Both the position numbers and the translations under genes were made by a program. This document shows, in pieces, positions 28,800-38,671 of a DNA stretch of 64,000 nt. The notes under the pieces are model-generated. The model ran no database searches and was not told the DNA's origin. It was given only the letters and a program-made list of their open reading frames with translations. The number at the start of each line of letters is the position of its first letter. Position 1 is the first letter of the stretch. The stretch spans positions 10,063 to 74,062 of the forward strand of contig JALWQW010000003.1 of NCBI GenBank assembly GCA_026982895.1, written 5' to 3'. The stretch comes from Candidatus Micrarchaeota archaeon. Its GTDB lineage: Archaea > Micrarchaeota > Micrarchaeia > Anstonellales > J096.

Positions 28800-29366
28800 T
28801 TAGTTCCTAAATTTCTTCAAAATCTCTTCTACTTCAACAAGGGCTTTCTCAATCTCTTTCTTTGTTCTAGCCCCTGCCAAAATGAGCTTACCATTCTTAA
28901 ATATCAAAACACTGACTTTTGGCTCCCTCAATTTAAGAATAGCCCCTGGAAACTGCTCAGGTTCATATTCAATGTCGCCCTCTACTTCCATCGCTACTCT
29001 GAATAAATCCATTTCCATGCTTAAATCTGCAGCAGCTACAATATTGGTTATCTCGTATGCTTCTTTAACATTCTTAGCAGTTATTTTCTTATCGACGCGT
29101 ATAGCTACTTTGCTTAGAAGTTGGTATGCCTTTAATACAGCCTCCTCCACGACTTGCTTATCCTTACATCCTACTATGACTATTTTGCCGTTTTTGAAAA
29201 CAAGTACGGTTGCCTTTGGCACATTGAATTTAAGAATTGCCCCTGGAAACTGCTCAGGCTCATACTCGATGTTCTTAAATTTTAGAGGCAATTGATACAG
29301 ATCCAGTTCCATGTGGAGATTACCCGCAGCCACGACATTCGTAACCTTATATTTTGCTTTTGCCAT
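28800..29366 (-). CDS. tbp: TATA-box binding protein
   Basis: Two direct repeats with NVVA/NIVA, YEPEQFPGAILK and FKNGK. Confidence 0.98.
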   Translation of the reverse strand: MAKAKYKVTNVVAAGNLHMELDLYQLPLKFKNIEYEPEQFPGAILKFNVPKATVLVFKNGKIVIVGCKDKQVVEEAVLKAYQLLSKVAIRVDKKITAKNVKEAYEITNIVAAADLSMEMDLFRVAMEVEGDIEYEPEQFPGAILKLREPKVSVLIFKNGKLILAGARTKKEIEKALVEVEEILKKFRN

Positions 29367-29453
29367 ATACCCACCCTTTTTAAACCTTTATAAAGGGATG
29401 AATAGCAACATTTTAAAATAATATCTACTCTATAAACAGACCTAGGTGATATT

Positions 29454-29756
29454 ATGGTAAAAAGACCAAGAGGATATTTAAGTCGAGCTACGAGAAAGCT
29501 CAAAGCCAAGCGTAAGCTAACTCCTGCTGATTTCATAAAGGAGTTTGAAGTAGGCCAAAGGGTGTTGATAAAGCCACAGCCATATTATAAGAGCGCTATT
29601 CCTCACAGGAGATATAGAGGGAAGGCAGGCAAAATCATTGAAAGAAGAGGTTCTTGCTATGTTGTTGAGATTAAAGACGGAGGAAAGATAAAGCAGGTTG
29701 TAGCACATCCCGTTCATCTCGTGAATCTCCAAAGCCCGGCAGGGCAGAAGGCTTGA
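29454..29756 (+). CDS. rpl21e: 50S ribosomal protein L21e
   Basis: TRKL, PHRRYRGK.G.I...RG, HPVHL; conserved rpl21e-rpoF-DUF655 order. Confidence 0.95.
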   Translation: MVKRPRGYLSRATRKLKAKRKLTPADFIKEFEVGQRVLIKPQPYYKSAIPHRRYRGKAGKIIERRGSCYVVEIKDGGKIKQVVAHPVHLVNLQSPAGQKA

Positions 29757-29766
29757 AGGCGGTAAT

Positions 29767-30120
29767 GTGGAAGATGTTCTTGAACACAAGCCTGTTTTAG
29801 AGGTTAAGCTCGAAGATTTTGTTGAAAGGCCTAGTGAAGAGAGTAGCAAAGAAGCCTATGATAGGGTTTTAGCATTCGAGCATTTGGATGTTGTGAAAAA
29901 ATTGGGCAACTCGCAGGAGATTTACAAAGCACTCTCTAATGTAGAAATGCCTGAGGAAGTGCGTGTTAAATTGGCTGATGTCATCCCCGTGAATAAAGAT
30001 GTTGTGAAGATGATCTTCTACCAATTTACATATACTGTTGATGATGCTGTTATAAACCAGGTTTTTGATATTATACAGGAGCATGTGCCAAAGAAAGGTA
30101 AAAAGAAGGGTGGAAAATAA
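29767..30120 (+). CDS. rpoF: RNA polymerase subunit F (Rpo4)
   Basis: KLADVIP motif and position between rpl21e and DUF655. Confidence 0.75.
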   Translation: MEDVLEHKPVLEVKLEDFVERPSEESSKEAYDRVLAFEHLDVVKKLGNSQEIYKALSNVEMPEEVRVKLADVIPVNKDVVKMIFYQFTYTVDDAVINQVFDIIQEHVPKKGKKKGGK

Positions 30121-30665
30121 TGGAGGAGCACATCTATGTCTTGGATTTTGTTCCATACAGCACGAAATACAATGGGCAGGGTTATGTCCAAGGCATAGGC
30201 GAGGCTTTTTTCACTCTTCTTGAAGTTTCTATCAAGGAAGGAAAGGTTACTTCTGTCGGCGATAAAGTGTATGTCGGCAAGGACGCTTCGAAGAGGACAA
30301 TCGTTGATAAAATAAAACGCCGTCTCCGTTATGATGATTTATCGACTAGCGCAAAAGAAAACCTTTTCAATGTAGTGCGGAAAATAGTAGAAGCTAACGA
30401 AGAGCGCTTTGTTTCATTCATAAATCACGCTGGCCCTCTATCTGTGAGAGTCCATCAGCTTGAGTTGATTCCTGGCATAGGTAAAAAGAACATTGAGCTT
30501 ATCATACGGGAGAGGGAAAAGGAGCCCTTCAAGAATTTCGACGATGTTAAATCAAGAGTTCCATCCTGGCAGGATCCTGTTGGAAGTTTTGCTTATAGAA
30601 TTGTTGAGGAGCTGAGCAAGAAAGAGAGACATTACTTTTTCGTCTTGCCATCAAGACAATCCTAG
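30120..30665 (+). CDS. DUF655 RNA-binding protein
   Basis: VLDF, QGIGE.FFTLLE, HQLELIPGIGKK, PF.NFDD...RV. Confidence 0.92.
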   Translation: MEEHIYVLDFVPYSTKYNGQGYVQGIGEAFFTLLEVSIKEGKVTSVGDKVYVGKDASKRTIVDKIKRRLRYDDLSTSAKENLFNVVRKIVEANEERFVSFINHAGPLSVRVHQLELIPGIGKKNIELIIREREKEPFKNFDDVKSRVPSWQDPVGSFAYRIVEELSKKERHYFFVLPSRQS

Positions 30666-30740
30666 TGTCTATAAATCACCATTTTTTCTAAATATTTTAG
30701 CTACTTACAAGATAAGCTTTTAAACCTTCTAATAGATTAT

Positions 30741-31963
30741 ATGCTGGGATGGGGTGTTGCTTTGACAGGAGATGAAAAAGCTAAGTTGGAGAAGTTGATA
30801 GCTCTCACATTCGATAGTGATCCTGAAGTCAGGAAGAAGGCAGCGATGGAGCTGGCTAAGGTTGATGACGCTGGAGCCATGCTTGCTTTAATAGAACTCT
30901 CTTATGATAAAGATGAAGCTGTGGCTGATCTGGCTCAGAAAATACTGAATAAACGAAGGGGTATGAAGCCGAAAATGCTGCCTTTGAATGAGCTTTTCGA
31001 GGGCGTAAGTTTTGCCGCTGAAAAGAAGAAGGAGAAAAAAGCCTCAACTGTTAATCCCAAAGTCCTCGATCCTATAAAGAAGGTCCTTCTTAAGAAGTTC
31101 AAGGACGAGAAGAAAGCTGAACGCGCATTGAACAGGATTGTCGATCAATTGAAGGAGATGAAGAATGAGAAACCGCTTACGACGCAGGAATTCATTACTG
31201 CTTATGTTGAAGTCATGGGTCATGTGAACGAAGATACGCCGCCTGCTGTTGAAGCTATAGAAAAAGAACTCGCTGAAACGAGTGTACAATCTAAATCCGA
31301 TGAGCAGCCTCATGATTTCAAGCCAGCTGTAGAAGTTGCTATTCTTGAGAAGAGGGAAGAGTTTGATGAGCTTGCGTTGGTGGGCTCTGCTCGTTCAGCA
31401 CCTAAACCTGAAGCTTTAGCTCAAGAGCTTGAAGAAGTTAATCGCGATGATATTTATACTGCTGAGGAGAAAGCCGTCGTCGATACAGCGGCGCAGCTCC
31501 CAAAGACAGTATTCAAAATGGCTTATGACCAGTTCATGGCTTTGGATGGGGATGAGAAGCTGATGAAAAAGCAGGCCGATCTTTTAGAAAAGTATGTGAA
31601 GAAACAAATAGAGCTCGCCCATAAAATAGCCAAGAAGAAGTTTAAGGAGATAAAGCTTACAGATATAAGCGCTATAAAGCACGGTATGGCCAACATCACT
31701 ACTGAGCCTTTGGAAGTCGTCTCCGTTGATTTCATGAAGTACTACGAGGGCAAGCGCGTCAAAAAGGAGAAGCTCGCTACACGCGTCGTCGTTAGGGATA
31801 GTCAAGGCAAAGAAGGTGTCCTTTACCTCTTCGAAGGCAGGGGTAAGTTTTTACAGCCTGGCATGAAGTTCGCTTGGAGAAGGCAAAGGCGAAGCACTTC
31901 AAGGTCTTCAACGAAACCGCTTTAACCGTAGATAAGAGAGGGAAGGTTGTAATAGAACTTTGA
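30741..31963 (+). CDS. HEAT-repeat plus C-terminal OB-fold-like protein with a -1 frameshift near 31868
   Basis: N-terminal DSDPEVRKKAA...LIELSYDKDEAV HEAT units. After GMK, the -1 frame gives VRLEKAKAKHFKVFNETALTVDKRGKVVIEL-stop (31963), completing an OB-like strand pattern. Confidence 0.6.
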
Positions 31964-32055
31964 GTATATGCTCCCTAAGTTTTACCTCAAAGTAACAAAT
32001 CTGCCAAAAATTTTGAAATGCAGGTAAAACTTTGCCCCACTGAGATAACTATTAA

Positions 32056-33405
32056 CTATTCGCCAATGTATTTCTCGAGAAGCTCCTTTGCCTTTTTGGG
32101 ATCAGCTTTTCCTCTTGTCCTTCTCATCACTTGCCCCACTAAGAATGCAATGACTTTTTTCTCACCATTTTTGTAGTCCTCAATCGCTTTCTGAAACTCA
32201 CCTATGACTGCTTTAACCTCCTCGTCTATGGCAGAACTCTCCATTAGGAAGAGGTCAAGTTTTTCTGCTATTTTTCTTGGGTCGTCGTCGCCCCTGTCTA
32301 AAAGGTGTATCAGTATCTGCTCCATGCCATCGTCGCTTATCTCATTGTTGAAGAACATCTCCGCTAAGCTCTCCAAATGCTCATCGCTGATGGGCATCGT
32401 CGTGAAGCTTAGCCCCCTGTAGTTAAGCTGCTTCTTCACCGCTGTCCTCAGCCAATTAGCGACCTTCTTTGGGTTTAGCTTTTTGCTAAGCCTCTCGAAG
32501 AGTTCCGCTTCTCTAAACTCCCATGTCAGCTCTTCAGCGGCTTCTTTGCTTATGCCATATTCCTTTTGAAAGCGCTCTTCTCTCTCCCAAGGCCTTTCCA
32601 AGAGCTTCTCGTCAATCTTAATGGTGGTTAAGTCTATTGGCAGTAGGTCTGGGTCGGGCATGTAACGGTAATCTGCCTCGCTCTCTTTCTTCCTCGCAGC
32701 TTTTGTTATGCCCTTAGCCTCGTCGAAGTGTCTTGTCTCTTGCTCTACGCTTTTTCCCTCTTCTACGAGCCGTGTTTGTCTCTTTATCTCGTACTCTATT
32801 GCAGTTACGATGTTTTCAAATGAATTCACATTTTTAACTTCTACGCGGTTTCCGCCGTTTACGCTCACATTAACATCCGCTTTTACAGCGCCATTCTCCT
32901 TCACGATATTGTAATAGCTTAGCCCCTTCTCAAAGGCGAGTAGGAATCGCTTAACTTCATCTGCGCTTTTAAAGTCTGGGGCTGTAACGACTTCAATAAG
33001 AGGTGTCCCACTCCTATTATAATCGATTAGGCCCTTCTTTATCTCGTACTTTCCAGGGTCTTCTTCAACATGTATTTCCCATATTCCATAGCCCAAAAGC
33101 TCGCCATCCCTGCCTATTGGCTTGCTTGTTCTCTGATAGCCGGAGGGCAGGTCAGGATAAAAATAGTGTTTTCGCATGAAGTATGTATTTTTTTCTATTC
33201 GGCATTTGAGCATATGTGCTGCTAACACGCCGAGTTTTATGGCTTCTTCATTTACTGCAGAGGGTTTGCTTCCCGGTTGAGCTGTGCACACCTCGCATAT
33301 AACTGTGTTTGGCTCCTCGTCGCCCTTTGGGTTAGGACAGGAACAGAAGAGCTTCGCCTTTGTGTTAAGCTGCACATGTATCTCTAAACCAATCTTCACT
33401 TCCAT
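32056..33405 (-). CDS. gatB: Asp/Glu-tRNA amidotransferase subunit B
   Basis: IGLEIHVQL, KLFCSC, RKHYFYPDLP..YQ, HVEED, YNRSG.PLIE, DYRYMPDPDL, FLVGQVMR..GKADP. Confidence 0.96.
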   Translation of the reverse strand: MEVKIGLEIHVQLNTKAKLFCSCPNPKGDEEPNTVICEVCTAQPGSKPSAVNEEAIKLGVLAAHMLKCRIEKNTYFMRKHYFYPDLPSGYQRTSKPIGRDGELLGYGIWEIHVEEDPGKYEIKKGLIDYNRSGTPLIEVVTAPDFKSADEVKRFLLAFEKGLSYYNIVKENGAVKADVNVSVNGGNRVEVKNVNSFENIVTAIEYEIKRQTRLVEEGKSVEQETRHFDEAKGITKAARKKESEADYRYMPDPDLLPIDLTTIKIDEKLLERPWEREERFQKEYGISKEAAEELTWEFREAELFERLSKKLNPKKVANWLRTAVKKQLNYRGLSFTTMPISDEHLESLAEMFFNNEISDDGMEQILIHLLDRGDDDPRKIAEKLDLFLMESSAIDEEVKAVIGEFQKAIEDYKNGEKKVIAFLVGQVMRRTRGKADPKKAKELLEKYIGE

Positions 33406-33464
33406 AGCATCCCCTTTATGGGATGCCGAGAACTATTTATAAGCTTAACTTTGTATTGTTTCGT

Positions 33465-34763
33465 TTAGAAAGGATTAGTAAATGGAGATCCTCCACTGTT
33501 CCTCTGGTCATTTATAACGCTGCGCGCTGTTAGCTCTACTAGCTGTCTTTTCATTCTCTCTAAACGCGCTTCGTCCGCTGGGAAGACGCCTATTTTGCTC
33601 AGAATCACATCTATCTCCTCTTTCATATCTGACCTTTCTTCTCGGAGGAATGTAAGTGCAGTGCCAACGTCGTAGTTCACTTTGACCCTTTTCACTTTGT
33701 CTACCATCTCCTCTTTGTTGGTAATTAAGCCACCCATATCCTCGAGTATCTTTTCTATTTCCTCTTCTGAGACTACATCCTCAACGTACATACTTATTTG
33801 ACTGTCAAGCTCACCTATAGCTTTTCTACCACCATCTAAATAGAAGGTGAGGTGGTTTCCATTTAGTTCAATAGATTTGAGATTAAGTGCTATTATTTTG
33901 TATATAGACAAGTCTTCCTCTTCTTTGCCTCTTTCCTCCTCACTTTCTTCAGCAGTTCTTTCTTCATCCTTCAAGTTAACTTTTTGGAATCTATATCTCT
34001 CAGCGATTTCATTCAGGAGTTTGACAGCTTCATTTCTTTCGGGATTACTGCTTAACTCCACTAATTTCTCCACAGCATCAGCAACCACCTCTTCGTCGTT
34101 TATTAATTCATTTTTTAGTTTCTCATCTATTTCGTTGCTTATCGTGGAGGCAATCAATAAATCCTCTTTATCTTTTATGAAATCTGCGAAACTCACCTTC
34201 AATATGTTGGCTAGTTCGATGAGGTTAGATAGGGCATTCTCTGAATCTCCTATGTCGCTTACAGTTACTTTGTTACTTCTTAGTATTTCCTCCACTGTTT
34301 CTTTATTCTCTATGAGTAGTTCATTGTCTAACTTAACTAACAGCTTAAGCACATCTGCTGTTTCCCAGCTGGATAACGGGCTTATATAGGTTGTGCCTCT
34401 GTTAGCAAGGTTTGTCTTTAACCACCGAATTATCTTTTTGCTGCTTTTGGCGAGCTCCTCTTTACTATAAGTGTTGAGTAAGCGTATAATCTTCATTTTA
34501 GTTTCGCTCCCATAAACATACATCCCTTTTTCTAGGAGTTGCCTTATATGAGGTTTAAGGCCTCTAGTTGCTAGTTCTTCCAGTATTTCATTGTGGATGG
34601 ATAGACTATCTATTTTTCCAAACTCTCCTAATAACTCCTCATCGCTCATTAGTCTGTAGCTTTTTATGTCCTTCCAAGGGTCGAAATCTCTACCATTGCG
34701 CAACTTGTATCCTCTCCACTTCTTTTCCTTAAAAGAATCCTTCCTCTTCTTTTTGAATGCCAT
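33465..34763 (-). CDS. Hypothetical acidic helical protein, third gene of the MoxR/vWA operon
   Basis: 432 aa; 4-nt gap after the vWA gene; GGAGGTGA SD. Confidence 0.7.
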   Translation of the reverse strand: MAFKKKRKDSFKEKKWRGYKLRNGRDFDPWKDIKSYRLMSDEELLGEFGKIDSLSIHNEILEELATRGLKPHIRQLLEKGMYVYGSETKMKIIRLLNTYSKEELAKSSKKIIRWLKTNLANRGTTYISPLSSWETADVLKLLVKLDNELLIENKETVEEILRSNKVTVSDIGDSENALSNLIELANILKVSFADFIKDKEDLLIASTISNEIDEKLKNELINDEEVVADAVEKLVELSSNPERNEAVKLLNEIAERYRFQKVNLKDEERTAEESEEERGKEEEDLSIYKIIALNLKSIELNGNHLTFYLDGGRKAIGELDSQISMYVEDVVSEEEIEKILEDMGGLITNKEEMVDKVKRVKVNYDVGTALTFLREERSDMKEEIDVILSKIGVFPADEARLERMKRQLVELTARSVINDQRNSGGSPFTNPF

Positions 34764-34767
34764 GCGT

Positions 34768-37692
34768 TCACCTCCACCAGTTAGCTATTACTTTTGCTAT
34801 ATCCACACCTAGCTTTTTTATGTCCTTGTTTACTATCCTATTTCTTCCATACATTTCCTTATACTCTGAACTATCCTCGTGTTGCACTATTACGCTCACC
34901 ACGTTTATTAGCTCTTTTTCCGCCTGTTTAACCGCTTCTCTAACATCTCTAACTGCTTCACTCTCTTCATAAGATGTGCCCCCATGAAGGGGCTCCCCGT
35001 CGCTAACCACTATGAGCAGTTTGTTCTTGCTGTTCCTTTCTTTTAGTTTCTTGATTGCGTGTCTTATTGCTGCACCGTCTCTGTTCTCGTAAACACAACA
35101 AAACCCTACGTTTTCTGGAATGTCCAAGTAAGGTATCTTAGCTATGCCTGAATCGAAGTCCTTTATCTTAAGATAGTATGTTAGTTCTCTTCCGTGCACT
35201 GAAGCAAACCCTGCTATCTCATATTCTAATTCCCCTAAATCTCTTAGCGCCTTGGCAAGCACGTAAACCATATCTCTCTCCCCTTCAATAGCTCCATTAC
35301 GTGCTGTGGAACCGCTTAGGTCTATTAGGATTAGCACTGAGGCCTTGTTGGATTCATCTTTCCTCCTCTGCCAGAACTCGGGTTTTGCTAGTGCATTCTG
35401 CCTTACTTCATTTTTCCAGTTGAGATAGGCCTTTACGTTAAATCTGCCTCTGGTCTCATCTAAGCTTTCTCTAATCTTTCTCTCAACCAACTCCTCAAAG
35501 CTTTTGTGGATTTTTTGAATTATTCCATTGTAGCCTCTAGCGACGTAGCCCTCAGTTTTTGGGTATTCCACTTCCATAACAGGATGTCTGAACTGTGTTC
35601 CTTCGTAGTAATGGAGATCTCCTTTAGGGTCTCTATATTTTAGACCCTCTGTCACTTCACTATGGACATATTCATATTCTTCTCTCTCCTCTTTGCTGAG
35701 CTTGTCTAGCCCCCTCTTTTTCAGCTCTTTGCTCTTTTCAGCTTCCTTCTTTAGGCGTTCTAGCAGTTTCTCTTTATCCTCTTTGCTATCCACTAATATA
35801 GGCATTGAGATGGGATTGGTTAAGCCCCTTGGGACTTTATATCCTCCTTTCTTTTTGCTGTCCATCTCACTCTCTTTAGGATTGTCGCATTCTCTACCAC
35901 TTTCTCTTTCTTCTGAGGATGGCTCCTCATCCTCCTTTCCCAGCTCTTTCTTCCTCTCACCCAATTCGCCAAGCCTTTTCTCCATCTTCTTCTTTAACTC
36001 GTCTAAGCTTCCTCTGCCTTTACTCATCTTGTCCATTTCTTTCTTCAACTCTTCCAGAGCTTCCTGCTCTTTGCCAATCCTATCTAGCTCTTCCCTAATC
36101 TCGGAGAGCTTCTCTTCAACATCTTTAGCTCCTTCAGCATCACCCCTTCTTTTCATCTCCTCCAATTCTTTGCTCAGCTCCTCAGCTTCCTTCTCCAGCT
36201 CTTTCTTCCTCTCACCCAATTCGCCAAGCCTTTTCTCCATACTCTCTTTTGCCACTTCTTTTAACTTCTCAGCAGCTCTTTTCAGGTCGCTCTCATCGAA
36301 CTCTCCTTCCTCTGACTCACCGGCTTTACTTTCTACAATTTCTTTACCATACCATAGGAATATGAGCTCCATGATTTGCATAGAGATGTTTATAGAGTCT
36401 GCTATGTCACTTCCAATTTCCTTAACGGGTTCCACCATCTTAGCAGCGAGATTCAACTTTTCCCTCAATTTGGGGTGAAGCTCACCTTTAACTTTGCCGG
36501 TGTACAAATATTGTAATAGGCCCTCTAAGAAGTTTGATAGATTGTCCTCATATGTGAGTGCAGGTCTATCCTTTGCGTAAACTTCGATCATGGTTTTTAT
36601 GTACTTTCTGAAACCTGGGAAGCGCTCCATGGAAAGTGTGTCTATACGGATATCCTCTACGATGTTTAGTAAGTATTGGAAGAGCAACCTTTCTGGAAAT
36701 TCTTTTGCTACTTCATAAAATGTTTTGTATTCCTCTTTTCCTTCCACTCCGAATAGCCTCTTTATATCCTCACTAAATTTTTCATCCTCTTCGTCCCTTA
36801 TACCAATTCCTGAGATGATCTTTTTCTGGGATTTTAGGTTCTTTATGAGCTCCCAGTTTATCCTGTTTTTCTCTACTATTATGCTTCCATCTGGAGAAAT
36901 GTGCATGGCTTCATGGATCCCTTGCATTATATAAGTGTACTTATTTAGCACCTTGGTTGGGAACTTATCAATGGTTTTGGGTAGGTATATATAAGGGGGC
37001 AAGCTTTTTGGTCTGTCTCCACTCTTTATTATTGGCTCGTATAGCCCCCTTACTACAATCTTGGCCATTCTACTTACACGTTTTTCCATTTCCTCAAGAG
37101 AGACTTTTCTCCTTTCGTGGATTTTGGTGAAGTTTTCTAATACTCTCTCCCTGTTTTCTAGATCTTCTTTTAGCTTTTCTTCATCTTCCCTTACTTCTCT
37201 TATCCAAGGTGTCACATGGGCAAAGGGGTCTGCCGAGAGAATCTCTTTGGCTATTTTGTTAACCTCTAGGCTGTCGTTGAGGTCTGCCTCTCTAAACAAT
37301 TCATCTATCTCTCGAATGTACTCCTCTATACGTGGAACAGGCACACCTTTAGTTAGGAGCGTTCCCACCAAGCTTACATTCTCTACGAGCCCTGGCAGTG
37401 TTTTGAATTTCATCAATAGTCCTATAGCGTCGTCTAGCTCACCTTCTTTTAGTTCTCTATAGCTTCTTATGTTTTTTAGCATTAGTTGGATTATTAATCT
37501 CTGCTTTTTGTCATCCGTTTTTTCCTTAATATTATTCAGTCTCTCTTTAACTTTGCTTTCATTGTCTGCGAAGGCGCTGTATCCACTATAGTAGCTGCTT
37601 GTCCCGTACTCACTGTATGGATATGCAGTTCCCCAATAATCTTGTGTTTTCTTATCGGCTTTTTTTCTCTTCCACAACTTCTCTATACCCAT
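34768..37692 (-). CDS. vWA-domain protein (CbbO/NorD/CobT-like) with HExxH motif and coiled coil
   Basis: IHEAMH, NIVEDIRID, MIDAS DLSGST, NRDGAAIRHA, KLLIVVSDGEP. Confidence 0.85.
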   Translation of the reverse strand: MGIEKLWKRKKADKKTQDYWGTAYPYSEYGTSSYYSGYSAFADNESKVKERLNNIKEKTDDKKQRLIIQLMLKNIRSYRELKEGELDDAIGLLMKFKTLPGLVENVSLVGTLLTKGVPVPRIEEYIREIDELFREADLNDSLEVNKIAKEILSADPFAHVTPWIREVREDEEKLKEDLENRERVLENFTKIHERRKVSLEEMEKRVSRMAKIVVRGLYEPIIKSGDRPKSLPPYIYLPKTIDKFPTKVLNKYTYIMQGIHEAMHISPDGSIIVEKNRINWELIKNLKSQKKIISGIGIRDEEDEKFSEDIKRLFGVEGKEEYKTFYEVAKEFPERLLFQYLLNIVEDIRIDTLSMERFPGFRKYIKTMIEVYAKDRPALTYEDNLSNFLEGLLQYLYTGKVKGELHPKLREKLNLAAKMVEPVKEIGSDIADSINISMQIMELIFLWYGKEIVESKAGESEEGEFDESDLKRAAEKLKEVAKESMEKRLGELGERKKELEKEAEELSKELEEMKRRGDAEGAKDVEEKLSEIREELDRIGKEQEALEELKKEMDKMSKGRGSLDELKKKMEKRLGELGERKKELGKEDEEPSSEERESGRECDNPKESEMDSKKKGGYKVPRGLTNPISMPILVDSKEDKEKLLERLKKEAEKSKELKKRGLDKLSKEEREEYEYVHSEVTEGLKYRDPKGDLHYYEGTQFRHPVMEVEYPKTEGYVARGYNGIIQKIHKSFEELVERKIRESLDETRGRFNVKAYLNWKNEVRQNALAKPEFWQRRKDESNKASVLILIDLSGSTARNGAIEGERDMVYVLAKALRDLGELEYEIAGFASVHGRELTYYLKIKDFDSGIAKIPYLDIPENVGFCCVYENRDGAAIRHAIKKLKERNSKNKLLIVVSDGEPLHGGTSYEESEAVRDVREAVKQAEKELINVVSVIVQHEDSSEYKEMYGRNRIVNKDIKKLGVDIAKVIANWWR
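35940..36240. repeat. 46-bp perfect direct repeat inside the vWA gene (35940-35985 and 36195-36240)
   Basis: ccagctctttcttcctctcacccaattcgccaagccttttctccat occurs twice and encodes MEKRLGELGERKKEL. Confidence 0.9.
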
Positions 37693-37693
37693 C

Positions 37694-38671
37694 TCAGTCC
37701 CCCTCCGGGACCTTTCCTCGTACTATGTCCATAAGTCCATCCAATTCCTCCTTTTCATCTACAATTGCGGATAATACTACCTCGAACGCATCTACCATGG
37801 CCATTCCTTGAGTTACAAGCTTCTTGACAAATACGCTGGCTCTTACACCGGGCAATTCCTTTACTTCATCGGAAGCACCTTCTCTTATTTCGTTCATTAT
37901 GTCCACGATGATGGCAGCCTCTTCTCTTGATATCTCTCCTCCATTGTCGTCGTTGAGGAGAATCTCCATCTCCACATCTTCGGGTGGATATCCTACTAGC
38001 TTTACTAAGAATCTTCCCTCAAAGGCAGGGCTCAATTTGTTCCTTGAATACTTACTTCCTGGATTGTATGAAGCTACTAATACAAAGTCATCGTGTGCAT
38101 CTATCTTTTCTTTTGTTTCAGGGATAACTATATACCTTCTATGATCTGTCAGGGGGTGCAGTAGTGCCAATACTTCGTTCTCTACGTTTACCACTTCATC
38201 AAAGTAGAATACAGCTCCACCTATCATAGCTGGAATGAGTGGCCCATCCTTCCATACGAGGAAGTCCCCATACGGTATGAGGCTTCCTATGACGTCAGAG
38301 TAGCCTACTTCTTTGTATCCTGCAATGGTTACGAGAGGTGTGTCGTACTTCTTTGCAACGGTCTCTAATGCTAAGGTTTTGCCCACACCCGTTGGTCCTT
38401 TTAGCAATAGTGGCAGCTTTGTTTCTTTTGCCAGGTCGAAGAGCTTTAGGATGCTGGCGTAGTCAATGTATCTTGGTATCCCGTCCACTTTAAACTTCTC
38501 TAACTCTGCTTGGATCTTCTCTTCAGTCCTTGCAGGTATTATTATTTTCTCCACACCTTTGCGCACCACTTTAAGAGAACCTTTTCTCTCTTCTTTCTCC
38601 ACTATCTGTGCCAAGGTCTCTCCGGCCTTTGGCTCTAAATTGGTTATTATTTTAGATACTTGTTCCACCAT
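37694..38671 (-). CDS. MoxR-family AAA+ ATPase, CbbQ/NirQ/NorQ-like
   Basis: LLLKGPTGVGKT, WKDGPL, FYFDEV, LHPLTDHRR, SYNPG, RF. ATG 38671 follows AGGTGA SD. Confidence 0.9.
   Translation of the reverse strand: MVEQVSKIITNLEPKAGETLAQIVEKEERKGSLKVVRKGVEKIIIPARTEEKIQAELEKFKVDGIPRYIDYASILKLFDLAKETKLPLLLKGPTGVGKTLALETVAKKYDTPLVTIAGYKEVGYSDVIGSLIPYGDFLVWKDGPLIPAMIGGAVFYFDEVVNVENEVLALLHPLTDHRRYIVIPETKEKIDAHDDFVLVASYNPGSKYSRNKLSPAFEGRFLVKLVGYPPEDVEMEILLNDDNGGEISREEAAIIVDIMNEIREGASDEVKELPGVRASVFVKKLVTQGMAMVDAFEVVLSAIVDEKEELDGLMDIVRGKVPEGD

Noticed and set aside
28800..29366. Repeated DNA segments within tbp
   Set aside because: Expected from the two-repeat structure of TBP.
31860..31880. Programmed ribosomal frameshift
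   Set aside because: No X-XXY-YYZ slippery site or obvious downstream structure; an indel is simpler.
35693..36478. 261-aa Ser/Leu/Phe-rich plus-strand ORF and similar antisense ORFs (e.g. 33847-34389, 28105-28677, 58660-59157, 6508-6993)
   Set aside because: These are shadow frames opposite well-supported genes, produced by their codon bias.
34768..38671. Cobaltochelatase CobS/CobT call
   Set aside because: No cobN or other cobalamin genes in the window; the motifs look closer to CbbQ/NorQ and CbbO/NorD.
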